Origin: Sumerlaeia bacterium
Lineage (GTDB): Bacteria > Sumerlaeota > Sumerlaeia > SLMS01 > JAHLLQ01
Assembly: GCA_040219255.1 (NCBI GenBank)
Contig: JAVJSW010000007.1
Coordinates: 1-64,000, forward strand
Reading direction: 5' to 3'
DNA: 64,000 nt
In this document: positions 37,533 through 45,545 of the stretch, in pieces
How the letters are laid out: every line of letters begins with the position of its first letter
Position numbering within the stretch: the stretch's first letter is position 1
Position numbers and translations under genes: made by a program
The notes under the pieces: model-generated
Told to the model about the DNA's origin: nothing
Database searches by the model: none
The model's input: only the letters and a program-made list of their open reading frames with translations

Positions 37533-38795
37533 ATGGCCGAAATCGAGCAACCCATGGTCCTTATGTCTTCTCCCTCCGGCACCGGAAGCGCGATGTTGAT
37601 GCGGTCGCGGGACTCTCGCCGCGCCCAGGTCCTTTATCAACTTTGGAAAGAAGGCCCCATCTCTCGTGGCGCCCTCGCCGATCTCATGAACCTCAACCTG
37701 CCCACCGTCTCCGCCGTCGTGCAGGACCTCGTCAAATCCGGCGAAGTCATCGAGGAAGGCTTCGCCACCTCCACCGGCGGCCGCAAAGCCCAACTCCTCG
37801 ATGTGAACCCCAAAGCCGGCGGCATCGTCGCCGTCGAATTCAGCAGCCGAGGCATCATGTGCGCCAGCAGCGACATGAAAGGCCGCCTGCAAAATCATGT
37901 CCCCCGCCCCTTCGATCCCCGCATGGGCGTCGACGCCGCCATCGAAGCCATCATCGAATCCATCGAAGACCAGCGCCTCTTCCTCCGGGACGACGAAAGT
38001 CTGGAGATGAGCCACATCGGCCTCGTCATCAGCGGCCTCATCGACGAACGCGCCGGCATCTCCAAGTCCTTCCCCCGCTTCGACGAATGGAAGGACGTCC
38101 CCATCGTCGAGATCCTGCAGAACCGCTTCAAAGTCCCCGTCCACCTCTCCGGTCACGTCATCGGAACCTCCCTGGCGGAGACCATCTTCGGCAAGTTCAA
38201 GGACACCCAAAACTTCATCTACGTCCACCTCGGGCCCGGCCTCGCCATCGGTATCGTCGTCGACGGAGCCGTCTATCGCGGCGCTAAAGCCACCGTCGGC
38301 GAATTCGGCCACATGACCGTCATGGACGAAGGCCCCATCTGCTACTGCGGCAACTACGGCTGCCTCGAAACCATGGCCAGCGACTGGGCCCTCGTCGCCC
38401 AGGCGGAAGAAGCCATCGAACGCGGCGGCGTCATGAGCCACATCCCCGACTACATCGACGACAGCGGCAAGATCACCCCGGCGGCGATTTTCCACGCGGC
38501 GGAGGTGGGCGACCGTCTTGCCGAGAACCTGATCGAGAAGGGCGGCCACTACATCGGCACCGCCCTCGCCGGCGTCGTCAACCTCCTCGCCCCCCAGGTC
38601 ATCCTCATCGGCGGCTCCATGGCCGAGGAAGGCGCCCAACTGATCCAAGCCATCCAGCACACCATCAAACGCCGCGCCCTCGAAGCCCTCGAAACCGAAC
38701 TGCCCGTCGTGCAGGACACCTTCGGCCAGCAAGCCGGCGTCTTCGGCGCCGTGGCCATCGCGCTGCACAATCACTACAGCAGCTTCGAGGATTAA
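37533..38795 (+). CDS. ROK-family transcriptional regulator (NagC/XylR-like)
   Basis: N-terminal HTH ISRGALADLMNLNLPTVS, STGGRKA, GEFGHM and CYCGNYGCLE; start uncertain. Confidence 0.92.
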   Translation: MAEIEQPMVLMSSPSGTGSAMLMRSRDSRRAQVLYQLWKEGPISRGALADLMNLNLPTVSAVVQDLVKSGEVIEEGFATSTGGRKAQLLDVNPKAGGIVAVEFSSRGIMCASSDMKGRLQNHVPRPFDPRMGVDAAIEAIIESIEDQRLFLRDDESLEMSHIGLVISGLIDERAGISKSFPRFDEWKDVPIVEILQNRFKVPVHLSGHVIGTSLAETIFGKFKDTQNFIYVHLGPGLAIGIVVDGAVYRGAKATVGEFGHMTVMDEGPICYCGNYGCLETMASDWALVAQAEEAIERGGVMSHIPDYIDDSGKITPAAIFHAAEVGDRLAENLIEKGGHYIGTALAGVVNLLAPQVILIGGSMAEEGAQLIQAIQHTIKRRALEALETELPVVQDTFGQQAGVFGAVAIALHNHYSSFED

Positions 38796-38796
38796 A

Positions 38797-38943
38797 GGTA
38801 GCACGGCCGTCTCGGCCGTGACCGGCGGCGGTTTACCGCAAAACGCCAGCCCTCAGCTCTCTCAACCGCAGGCTTCGGATTCGCTCAAACTCATGTGCGT
38901 GGGAGTCACCTGGCTGGGCACGGGCGGGACTCGCCACGCTACC
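38797..38943. repeat. 147-bp REP-doublet element between convergent genes
   Basis: Inverted GGTAG-REP hairpins at both ends; collinear with 43942-44087. Confidence 0.75.
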
Positions 38944-38949
38944 GGACAT

Positions 38950-39747
38950 CTACCGCAGCACCTCATTCAGCGCCACCTTCGCGTCCGTCCGCTCGTCGCG
39001 GATTTTCTTGATGATCAACGCGTAGGTCGAATGCGTGCCGTCTTTGCTCGGCAGCGCCCCCGGCACCACCACGGCCCGCGCGGGGACTTCGCCGTAGAGC
39101 GTTTCGCCCGTCATCGCGTTGTAGATGCGCGTGCTCTTGCCCAGGTAACAGCCCATCGCCAGCACGGCGCCCTCGCGGACGATGCAGCCTTCGGCCACTT
39201 CGCAGCGCGCGCCCAGGAACGCGTTGTCTTCGATGATGACGGGGCTGGCCTGCATCGGTTCCAGAACGCCGCCGATGCCGACGCCGCCGCTGACGTGAAC
39301 GCCTTTGCCGACCTGGGCGCAGGACCCCACCGTGGCCCACGTGTCGATCATGGTTCCGCTGTCCACAAAGGCGCCGATGTTCACATAGCTCGGCATCAGC
39401 ACGGCACCGGGGGCCACGTGGGCGCCGCGGCGCACCACCGCCGGAGGAACCACCCGCGGGCTGCCCTCGCCCCATCCGCTCTGCACCGCCACCTTGTCGT
39501 GAAAGCCGAGGCAACCGGCCTCCATGCGCTCCATCTTGGCCGTGGCGAACATCAGGAGAATAGCCTTCTTGGCCCACTCGTTGATCTTCCACTGGCCGCC
39601 CTCGCCCGGTTCGGCGACACGCAGTTGGCCGCTTTCCAGCAGGTCGAGGGTCTCGTTGACCGCCTCGACGGTGGCGGGCTGGACGCCCTCGGCGCGCAGT
39701 TCGAACGCTTTCTCGATGATGCCTTGAAGGTCGCTGATTGTAGCCAT
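38950..39747 (-). CDS. dapD: Tetrahydrodipicolinate N-succinyltransferase
   Basis: LESGQLRVAE, WAKKAILL, RVVPPAVVR, LMPSYVNIGA, DTWATVGSCAQ and GGVLEP motifs. Confidence 0.96.
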   Translation of the reverse strand: MATISDLQGIIEKAFELRAEGVQPATVEAVNETLDLLESGQLRVAEPGEGGQWKINEWAKKAILLMFATAKMERMEAGCLGFHDKVAVQSGWGEGSPRVVPPAVVRRGAHVAPGAVLMPSYVNIGAFVDSGTMIDTWATVGSCAQVGKGVHVSGGVGIGGVLEPMQASPVIIEDNAFLGARCEVAEGCIVREGAVLAMGCYLGKSTRIYNAMTGETLYGEVPARAVVVPGALPSKDGTHSTYALIIKKIRDERTDAKVALNEVLR

Positions 39748-39889
39748 GGGTAAATTGCTCCCGGTCGAAATTTGGACCCGGACCGTGAGACCTGGACCGC
39801 CCAAACGCAACCCCCGCGACGCAGCAAAGGCTGTCATCGCGGGGGCGGGTTCTTGGGTTTTCGGCTGTCTTGCACTGGTGGTGGCGCCG

Positions 39890-40756
39890 CTAATCCGTAT
39901 CGCTGTTGCTGTACAGCTTCAGCCAGATCGGCGCGTGGTCCGACAGGTTGTAGAAGCTGCACATTCCCGAAATGTAATCCCGGCCGCTGCTGCTGTATTC
40001 CGTGACGTAAGTCGTCTGGAACCAGAAGTGATCGTAGGGGTTCGCGAAGCTGCACGAGCTGTTGATCGTCGTCGAGCTGTTCACCTTGTAGGACACGGCG
40101 GGCGAGGTGCTGCTCTTTAGATTGCTCCACCACGACGAGGTGGCGTCGCGGTTGTGATCGCCCAGGAGGATGACGTCTTGATCGGAGGACGAGCCGTTCT
40201 GGACGCTGCGGAAGACCGGGCCGATGGCGGCGATTTCCGCCTGCCGCTTGCTGGTCGTGCCCCAGATCGTGTGCCAGTTCAGGAACGTGTAGTCGGCCCC
40301 GGTGTTCTTGTGGCGCAGCTTCACCACGTGCGGCTCGCGCTCGAACTTGTCGCCGCTGTCGCTGTAGGTGTAACTGCTCAGGTGGGACACGCGGTCGGTG
40401 CGATAGACGACGGCGTAGTATTCCTTGTAGGACGAGCGCCCCAGCTTGGCGCTGTACTTGTAGCTCCAGGACACGCCACTGACGCTCGACATGGCCGAGG
40501 CGAAGGAGGCGACGCTGCTGGTGTACATGACTTCCTGCAGGAAAATGGCGTCGCAGCCGTTGCTGGCGCTGCTGCTCGATCCAAAGTCCTGCCAGACCTG
40601 ATTGGCGTAGCCGGACCAATTGGTCTCGCCGCTCCAGCCCATATGGCGTGCGTTCCAGGAGACGACCCGAAAGTACGATCCTGCGTTGACGGTGGCGGGC
40701 AGGGCGAAAAACGCCGCCGCCAGCACAAAGGCATAGGTGATGATCCGCGATTTCAT
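39890..40756 (-). CDS. Secreted DNase I-like endonuclease/exonuclease/phosphatase
   Basis: Signal ...VNA|G; SWN, LQEV, LGRSSYKEYY, FEREP, LGDHN, YDHF and SDHAP motifs. Confidence 0.9.
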   Translation of the reverse strand: MKSRIITYAFVLAAAFFALPATVNAGSYFRVVSWNARHMGWSGETNWSGYANQVWQDFGSSSSASNGCDAIFLQEVMYTSSVASFASAMSSVSGVSWSYKYSAKLGRSSYKEYYAVVYRTDRVSHLSSYTYSDSGDKFEREPHVVKLRHKNTGADYTFLNWHTIWGTTSKRQAEIAAIGPVFRSVQNGSSSDQDVILLGDHNRDATSSWWSNLKSSTSPAVSYKVNSSTTINSSCSFANPYDHFWFQTTYVTEYSSSGRDYISGMCSFYNLSDHAPIWLKLYSNSDTD

Positions 40757-40908
40757 AGCTTCCACGGAACTCCTCTTGTGAAGGGGGGATGGTTCGTAAG
40801 GGCGTCCACTCACCCGTCAACGGTCACTGGCTCGGGACCCGGGATCCCGGCCGGCGGCGCGTCTGGGGGCTTCACAAACCCTGCCTTGTCAGTTGGCATT
40901 TCTGTAAA

Positions 40909-41130
40909 TCAAAGAACTTTCCTTGGATCAAGCACAAAAATCCAAGAATATTTCGTGAGGTTTCTAACAGGCTCCAAACAAGGCACTTCCCGCAGAGAAG
41001 GCAAATCGCACAAAATCAGCGAGATCGGAATATTCCGAGTCAATTTTTGAACCGCCCGGCCGCTCCAAGAGATGGTCCGCCAGCGAGCGGCGCGAAAGGC
41101 TTCGCGTTGTTCCGGCGTGGGCTCGGGCAT
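40909..41130 (-). pseudogene. Possible truncated remnant of an ankyrin-gene paralog
   Basis: Start context ACCCCCATGCCC is identical to that of the ankyrin gene; MPEPTPEQREAFRAAR resembles a first ankyrin helix and then decays into AT-rich sequence. Confidence 0.35.
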
Positions 41131-41149
41131 GGGGGTCTCTCTTTGCTGG

Positions 41150-41220
41150 TTTTAGCCACAGATGAACACAGAGAGGCACAGATGATCTCATCCGAATCCC
41201 AATCCGTGTCAATCCGTGGC
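41150..41220. repeat. Imperfect palindromic repeat GCCACAGATGAACACAGA...TCCGTGTCAATCCGTGGC, copy 1
   Basis: Near-identical to 42202-42273; contains the stop codon of the ankyrin gene. Confidence 0.88.
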
Positions 41221-42180
41221 GATTTTGCTTCCGCTCTTCACTCTGAGCAACTCCAGCACCTCGGGCGGGTTGCGGACGAACCAGCCGGATGTGACGGCCC
41301 GCGGCCCGAATTCCTCGTCCAGCTCGCGGCGGCGGGCCACTTCGAAGTCGTAGGGCGTCAGGCCGTCGAAACGCTCGTTCACGGGCAACTGGCACTCGCA
41401 GGTCAGCGCGGGGTCGGCCCCGGCCCTGAGCAACGCCCGGATCGTGTCGAGCGTATCGCGCGCCGCGCCGTCCTGCCCGCGTTTGTAAATGGACTTGGGC
41501 AAGAGTGCGAGATGAAGCGCGGTGAATCGCCCGTTCTCGAAGACGGAACTCGGGTTCTGGAGCGGTGGCAGGGTCCTCTGATTCGGGTCCGCCCCATGGG
41601 CCAGCAGCATCTCCACTACCCCCAAACGCGCATGGCGTGCGGCCTGGTGCAGGGCGTTGAATCGGTAGTCCGTCCCTTCGATGCGCTGAAACCGATTCGG
41701 ATCGGCTCCGCGTGCCAAGAGTTCCCGGCAGGCGGCTTCGTTCTGGTGGAAGCAGGCGCAGAACAGTGGCGTTTCCTGCTCGATCTGACCCGAGTAATCG
41801 TCCACCCCCAGCGCGCTCCGCGGGTGGTCCATCAGCAGCGCCACGTGCCACGCTTTTCCGCCCCAGGCGAACAGGTGCAGCCACGTGCGGCCCTGGCGGT
41901 TGGTGGTCCGGGTGCTGGCGCCCTGGTCGAGAAGGTACTCGGCGGCGAGGCGCTGATCGAACCGCATCGCTACCATCAGAGGCGTGGCGGGAAAAAGATA
42001 CGGCGACCCCGGCGAACGCAACGGCCCGCATCGCGGCGGATCGGGCAAGTTGTGCTCGGCCCTCAAGGAAAAATCCACCTCCAACCCCAACCCCGCCGCC
42101 AGGGCCGCGCGGATGCCTCCGATGTCACCGAGGCGGCAGGCGTCGAAGTAGTCGAGGAGGGCTTGCGGGTCGGGGGGCAT
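41209..42180 (-). CDS. Ankyrin-repeat protein
   Basis: TPLMVA, GRTWLH, ETPLFCA, NALHQAA, FTALHLA and repeated LL..GADPN. Confidence 0.9.
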   Translation of the reverse strand: MPPDPQALLDYFDACRLGDIGGIRAALAAGLGLEVDFSLRAEHNLPDPPRCGPLRSPGSPYLFPATPLMVAMRFDQRLAAEYLLDQGASTRTTNRQGRTWLHLFAWGGKAWHVALLMDHPRSALGVDDYSGQIEQETPLFCACFHQNEAACRELLARGADPNRFQRIEGTDYRFNALHQAARHARLGVVEMLLAHGADPNQRTLPPLQNPSSVFENGRFTALHLALLPKSIYKRGQDGAARDTLDTIRALLRAGADPALTCECQLPVNERFDGLTPYDFEVARRRELDEEFGPRAVTSGWFVRNPPEVLELLRVKSGSKIATD

Positions 42181-42201
42181 GGGGGTGGTGCTGGGACTGG
42201 A

Positions 42202-42273
42202 TTTTAGCCACGGATGAACACAGATAGGCACAGATGATTTCATCCGACCCCCTTATCCGTGTCAATCCGTGGC
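42202..42273. repeat. Imperfect palindromic repeat, copy 2
   Basis: Near-identical to 41150-41220; contains the stop codon of the upstream membrane gene. Confidence 0.88.
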
Positions 42274-43053
42274 CTTTTTCTCCTCGGCTTCCGCTTGCGG
42301 CGCGCCATCCGCGGCCTCGGCCCGCTCCGGGTGGCCCCACCAGCTTCTCGGCGAATCCGGGTCCGGCGAGTAGTGCTCTTCCAGCGCCGCTTCCACGTCC
42401 TTCATCGAGCCATCGTGCGGCACCCAGACGTCGTGGTCGGGGAAGGTGATGCGGCAGTTCTCGCACTTCTTGCCCGGGTAGAATTTGATCGGGCACCAGA
42501 ACGATTCGACGCTCCGCAGCATCTCCGCCCCCAGCGAATACACTCCCGTCATCCAATCACAGTACAGGCACCAGATCAGGTCGTGGCCGATCAGGCCCTC
42601 GAACTTCTGACGCGAGACGTTGACCCATTCGCTTTGCTTGTAGTGGGGGAAGTTCAGCGTTTTGACCAGCAGCGGGTAGAGGAACATTTCGCTGAAGCGC
42701 AGGAAAATGAACGCCGGAAGCGCCGGCACCGTGACCCACAGCCCGAGGTGATTGCGCGTGGGGCCGACGAATTTGTCGAGCGTCTTGCGGATCGAACCGC
42801 AGGGGCGCGGGCTGGTCATTTCGTGGATCAGAATGAAGGTCTGAAGCGCCACGATTTGCCCGATCAGGCACCCGAAAAACCCGGGCCATCCCTGCCAGAT
42901 CCCCGCCGCGACCCATGGCACCCAAGTCATCAGCGACAGCACCAAATCGAGCAACGGCGCCTCGGCCACGCGAGGCGTCGCCCGCCACAGCAGAATCGTC
43001 AACGTCGTGACGGTCATCACCCAAACCCAGGCGACCAGAATCATATACAGCAC
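42262..43053 (-). CDS. Membrane protein with CxxC motifs (WCLYCDW, FWCPIKF, CENC)
   Basis: Several N-terminal TM helices and a Cys-rich soluble C-terminus; function unknown. Confidence 0.75.
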   Translation of the reverse strand: MLYMILVAWVWVMTVTTLTILLWRATPRVAEAPLLDLVLSLMTWVPWVAAGIWQGWPGFFGCLIGQIVALQTFILIHEMTSPRPCGSIRKTLDKFVGPTRNHLGLWVTVPALPAFIFLRFSEMFLYPLLVKTLNFPHYKQSEWVNVSRQKFEGLIGHDLIWCLYCDWMTGVYSLGAEMLRSVESFWCPIKFYPGKKCENCRITFPDHDVWVPHDGSMKDVEAALEEHYSPDPDSPRSWWGHPERAEAADGAPQAEAEEKKATD

Positions 43054-43104
43054 AGGCCGGTTCCTCCGGAATGCGAGGCGAGCCCGTGGCGGGCGCCGTC
43101 GCGG

Positions 43105-43878
43105 TTACTTCGTCCTGCTAAAGAAGCGGAGAAGGCGCCCGGGAAGCAAGGTCTTCCGCTCGCCCTTGCCCGCCCCACAGCACGCGCCGTTGGTGGCCGG
43201 GGCGTTGTGGCCGTTTGGCTGGCGCACGATTTCCTCGATCCGCTGCTTGGCCAGCGCCTTCGCCGCCTCGACCCCGTCGCGCTCCATGGTGGCGTGCAGT
43301 TCGCCCTGCTGGATCAGCGAATTCAGCAGCTCGAACTTTTCCTCGTCGTCCAGGCCCTCGCCCAGCGGGCCCTTCAGCTCCCACCGGGCCGCCGCGATCA
43401 CGTGCATGAATCGCTCGGCGCCCTCGAAGAAGCAGCACTGCTCCATGCGTTTGCGCTGGAATTTGCTGTAGGCCGGGCACATGCCATCGGTGCTGATGGT
43501 CACCATCAGCTCACCGCGGCGGATGATGCTCGGCACGATGAACGCGCACAAATCCGTCACGTCCACGATGTTGCACCAGATGCGGCGGCGCTCGCACTCC
43601 TCCTTGATGTGCTCGTGCACGGCGCGGTCGTTCGTCGCGGCGAACACCATCCAGGGTGTGTCCAGGTCGCTGTCTTCAAAGGCCCGCTCGTGCAGCGTCA
43701 CCTCGCCGCGTTCGGCCATGGCGCGCACCGGATCGCTGGCCACGATGGCCACGATGGTGACGCGGGCGCCGTACTTGATAATCGCCTCCGCCTTGCGCGC
43801 GGCGATGGGGCCGCCACCCACAATCAAGGCGGTCCGCCCATGCAAATCGACCATCATCGGATAATAAGGACCAGCCAT
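43105..43878 (-). CDS. Precorrin-2 dehydrogenase/sirohydrochlorin ferrochelatase (SirC/CysG N-terminal type)
   Basis: YP..VDL, VGGGPIAARK, AATND, NIVD...C.FIVPS and ISTDG..P motifs; strong SD. Confidence 0.9.
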   Translation of the reverse strand: MAGPYYPMMVDLHGRTALIVGGGPIAARKAEAIIKYGARVTIVAIVASDPVRAMAERGEVTLHERAFEDSDLDTPWMVFAATNDRAVHEHIKEECERRRIWCNIVDVTDLCAFIVPSIIRRGELMVTISTDGMCPAYSKFQRKRMEQCCFFEGAERFMHVIAAARWELKGPLGEGLDDEEKFELLNSLIQQGELHATMERDGVEAAKALAKQRIEEIVRQPNGHNAPATNGACCGAGKGERKTLLPGRLLRFFSRTK

Positions 43879-43900
43879 CGGTTCGTCTCCTCCCCTTCTG

Positions 43901-44087
43901 AGTAACACGTCGCCTCCCGCCCGTGTCTGGCGGCGGTTCTAAGTAACATGGCCGTCCCGGCCATGATCAGCGGCGCTTTCCCTCGAAGAGCCAACTCCGG
44001 GCCTGCTCTGCCAAAGGCCCGCCGTTCGCCCAGGGAATCGGGCGTGGGCTGTGATTGGCGGGTCACGGGCTGGAAGCCCGTGACCCC
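43901..44087. repeat. REP-doublet element (43942-44087) preceded by an extra degenerate REP (43901-43926)
   Basis: AGTAACATGGCCGTCCCGGCCATGA ... TCACGGGCTGGAAGCCCGTGA; collinear with 38797-38943. Confidence 0.7.
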
Positions 44088-44088
44088 T

Positions 44089-44461
44089 TCAATTCGTCCG
44101 CCAGAACACCGCCAGAAATGCCATGGCGAACGCTGGGGCCGTGGCGAGGGCGGTGACGGCACTGGCTCCGAAGATGGCGCCGGGCGAGATGTCGTCGCGG
44201 CCCTCCAGGTACTTGTGATCGCGCGCCACGAGCACCAGTTCCGCCACCACGGCGGCGCCGAAGGCCAGCCACCACAGCCAGCGCGGGCCGGGCAGGGGCG
44301 TGCCCGGTGAGGTAATACCCCATCACCGCCAGCAGAAACGCGATCAACGCCCCCTGCATGGCGATGAAGGGACTGAGGCCGCGCTCGCGCACGTCGAAGA
44401 TCGTGCCGCCGATGCTGAGCCCGGCGAACAATCCGAAGTAAACCCACCCCGCAATAACCAT
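44089..44461 (-). pseudogene. Small four-TM membrane protein with an apparent frameshift near 44296
   Basis: Frame 1 MVIAGWVYFG...GYYLTGHA continues in a shifted frame as LPGPRWLWWLAFGAAVVAELVLV...FAMAFLAVFWRTN* (stop 44089). Confidence 0.7.
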
Positions 44462-44465
44462 CGTC

Positions 44466-45545
44466 CTACGGCCGCAGGCGGTCCCGCAGGGCCTCGATCA
44501 GGGCGTCGATTTCCTTGTCCGTGCCGATGGTGATGCGCAGGCCATCGTGCAGTTCCGGCGTTTCAAAGTACCGCACGAGGATGTCCTTCTCGCGCAGGTA
44601 CTGGAACAGACCCTTGGCGTCGCGGCATTTGGCGAAGACGAAGTTGCCCTGGCTGTCCTCGACCTCGAACCCCATGACGCGCAGGTCGTGGGTCAGGCGT
44701 TTGCGGGTGGCGCGGATGCAGTGAACGGTGTTGCGGGTGTAGGCCTGGTCCTCGCGCACGGCCAGGGCCGCGGCTTGGCCGGCGGCGCTGACGTTGTAGG
44801 AGTCTTTGATGCGATAGAGCACGTCGGCGACTTCGGGCGAGCAGGAACCGAAACCGACCCGCAGCCCGGCCAGGCTGTGGCTCTTCGAATAGGTGCGCGT
44901 CACCATCAGGTTCGGGGTCGTGCCCTCGGCCACGATTTCCATGGCCGTGTCGCCGCCAAAGAAGATGTAGGCTTCGTCCACCACCACCAGCGTTTCCGGC
45001 CGGGCCTGGGCGACCTGGCGCAGCGTGTCCAGCCCGACTACCTTGCCGATGGGCGGGTTCGGGTTGGCGATGTAGAGAACCTTGAGGTCCTTGGGCGCGT
45101 CGAGGAGCGCTTCCTCTGGCGTGCGGTCCATCCATGGGATGCGGACCTCGACCCCGCCGGCCTTCTCGACGAAGAGCGGATAGAGCGAGTAGGTGGGCCA
45201 CAGGTAGCCGACCTTTTCGCCCGGCTCGACGTAGGCTTCGGCGGCGAGGCGCAGGATTTCATCCGACCCGTTGGTCAGGATGGTCTGGCGTGGCGGGACG
45301 CGGTGGTCCACCGAAAGCGCCTGCAGAAGCGCCTCGCCCACCGGGTCGGGGTACTTGCGGATGGATTCGGGGCTCAGCTTGGCCAACGCCTCGGTCACCC
45401 GGGGCGAAGGGGGGTAAGGGTTTTCGTTGGTGTTGAGTTTGATCATCCGGCGCTTGGGTTGCTCGCCGGGGGTATAGGGCGTTAGCTCGGCCACGGCTTT
45501 GCGGGGCTTGAGCGAAAACGCGGCGATCTTGGGCGAGTCGGTCAT
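44466..45545 (-). CDS. hisC: Histidinol-phosphate aminotransferase
   Basis: YTPGEQP, IKLNTNENPY, NGSDE, NPNPPIG, DEAY and RTYSKSHSLAGLRVG motifs. Confidence 0.96.
   Translation of the reverse strand: MTDSPKIAAFSLKPRKAVAELTPYTPGEQPKRRMIKLNTNENPYPPSPRVTEALAKLSPESIRKYPDPVGEALLQALSVDHRVPPRQTILTNGSDEILRLAAEAYVEPGEKVGYLWPTYSLYPLFVEKAGGVEVRIPWMDRTPEEALLDAPKDLKVLYIANPNPPIGKVVGLDTLRQVAQARPETLVVVDEAYIFFGGDTAMEIVAEGTTPNLMVTRTYSKSHSLAGLRVGFGSCSPEVADVLYRIKDSYNVSAAGQAAALAVREDQAYTRNTVHCIRATRKRLTHDLRVMGFEVEDSQGNFVFAKCRDAKGLFQYLREKDILVRYFETPELHDGLRITIGTDKEIDALIEALRDRLRP

Noticed and set aside
37473-38804. 443-aa antisense ORF over the ROK gene, and similar antisense ORFs over A2M, the kinase and the amidases
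   Set aside because: Expected shadows of strong C/G third-position bias; no motifs or SD.
41150-42273. Repeats as a CRISPR array or integron attC sites
   Set aside because: Only two near-identical copies about 1 kb apart, no spacer-sized intervals, no cas or intI gene, and no attC core motifs.
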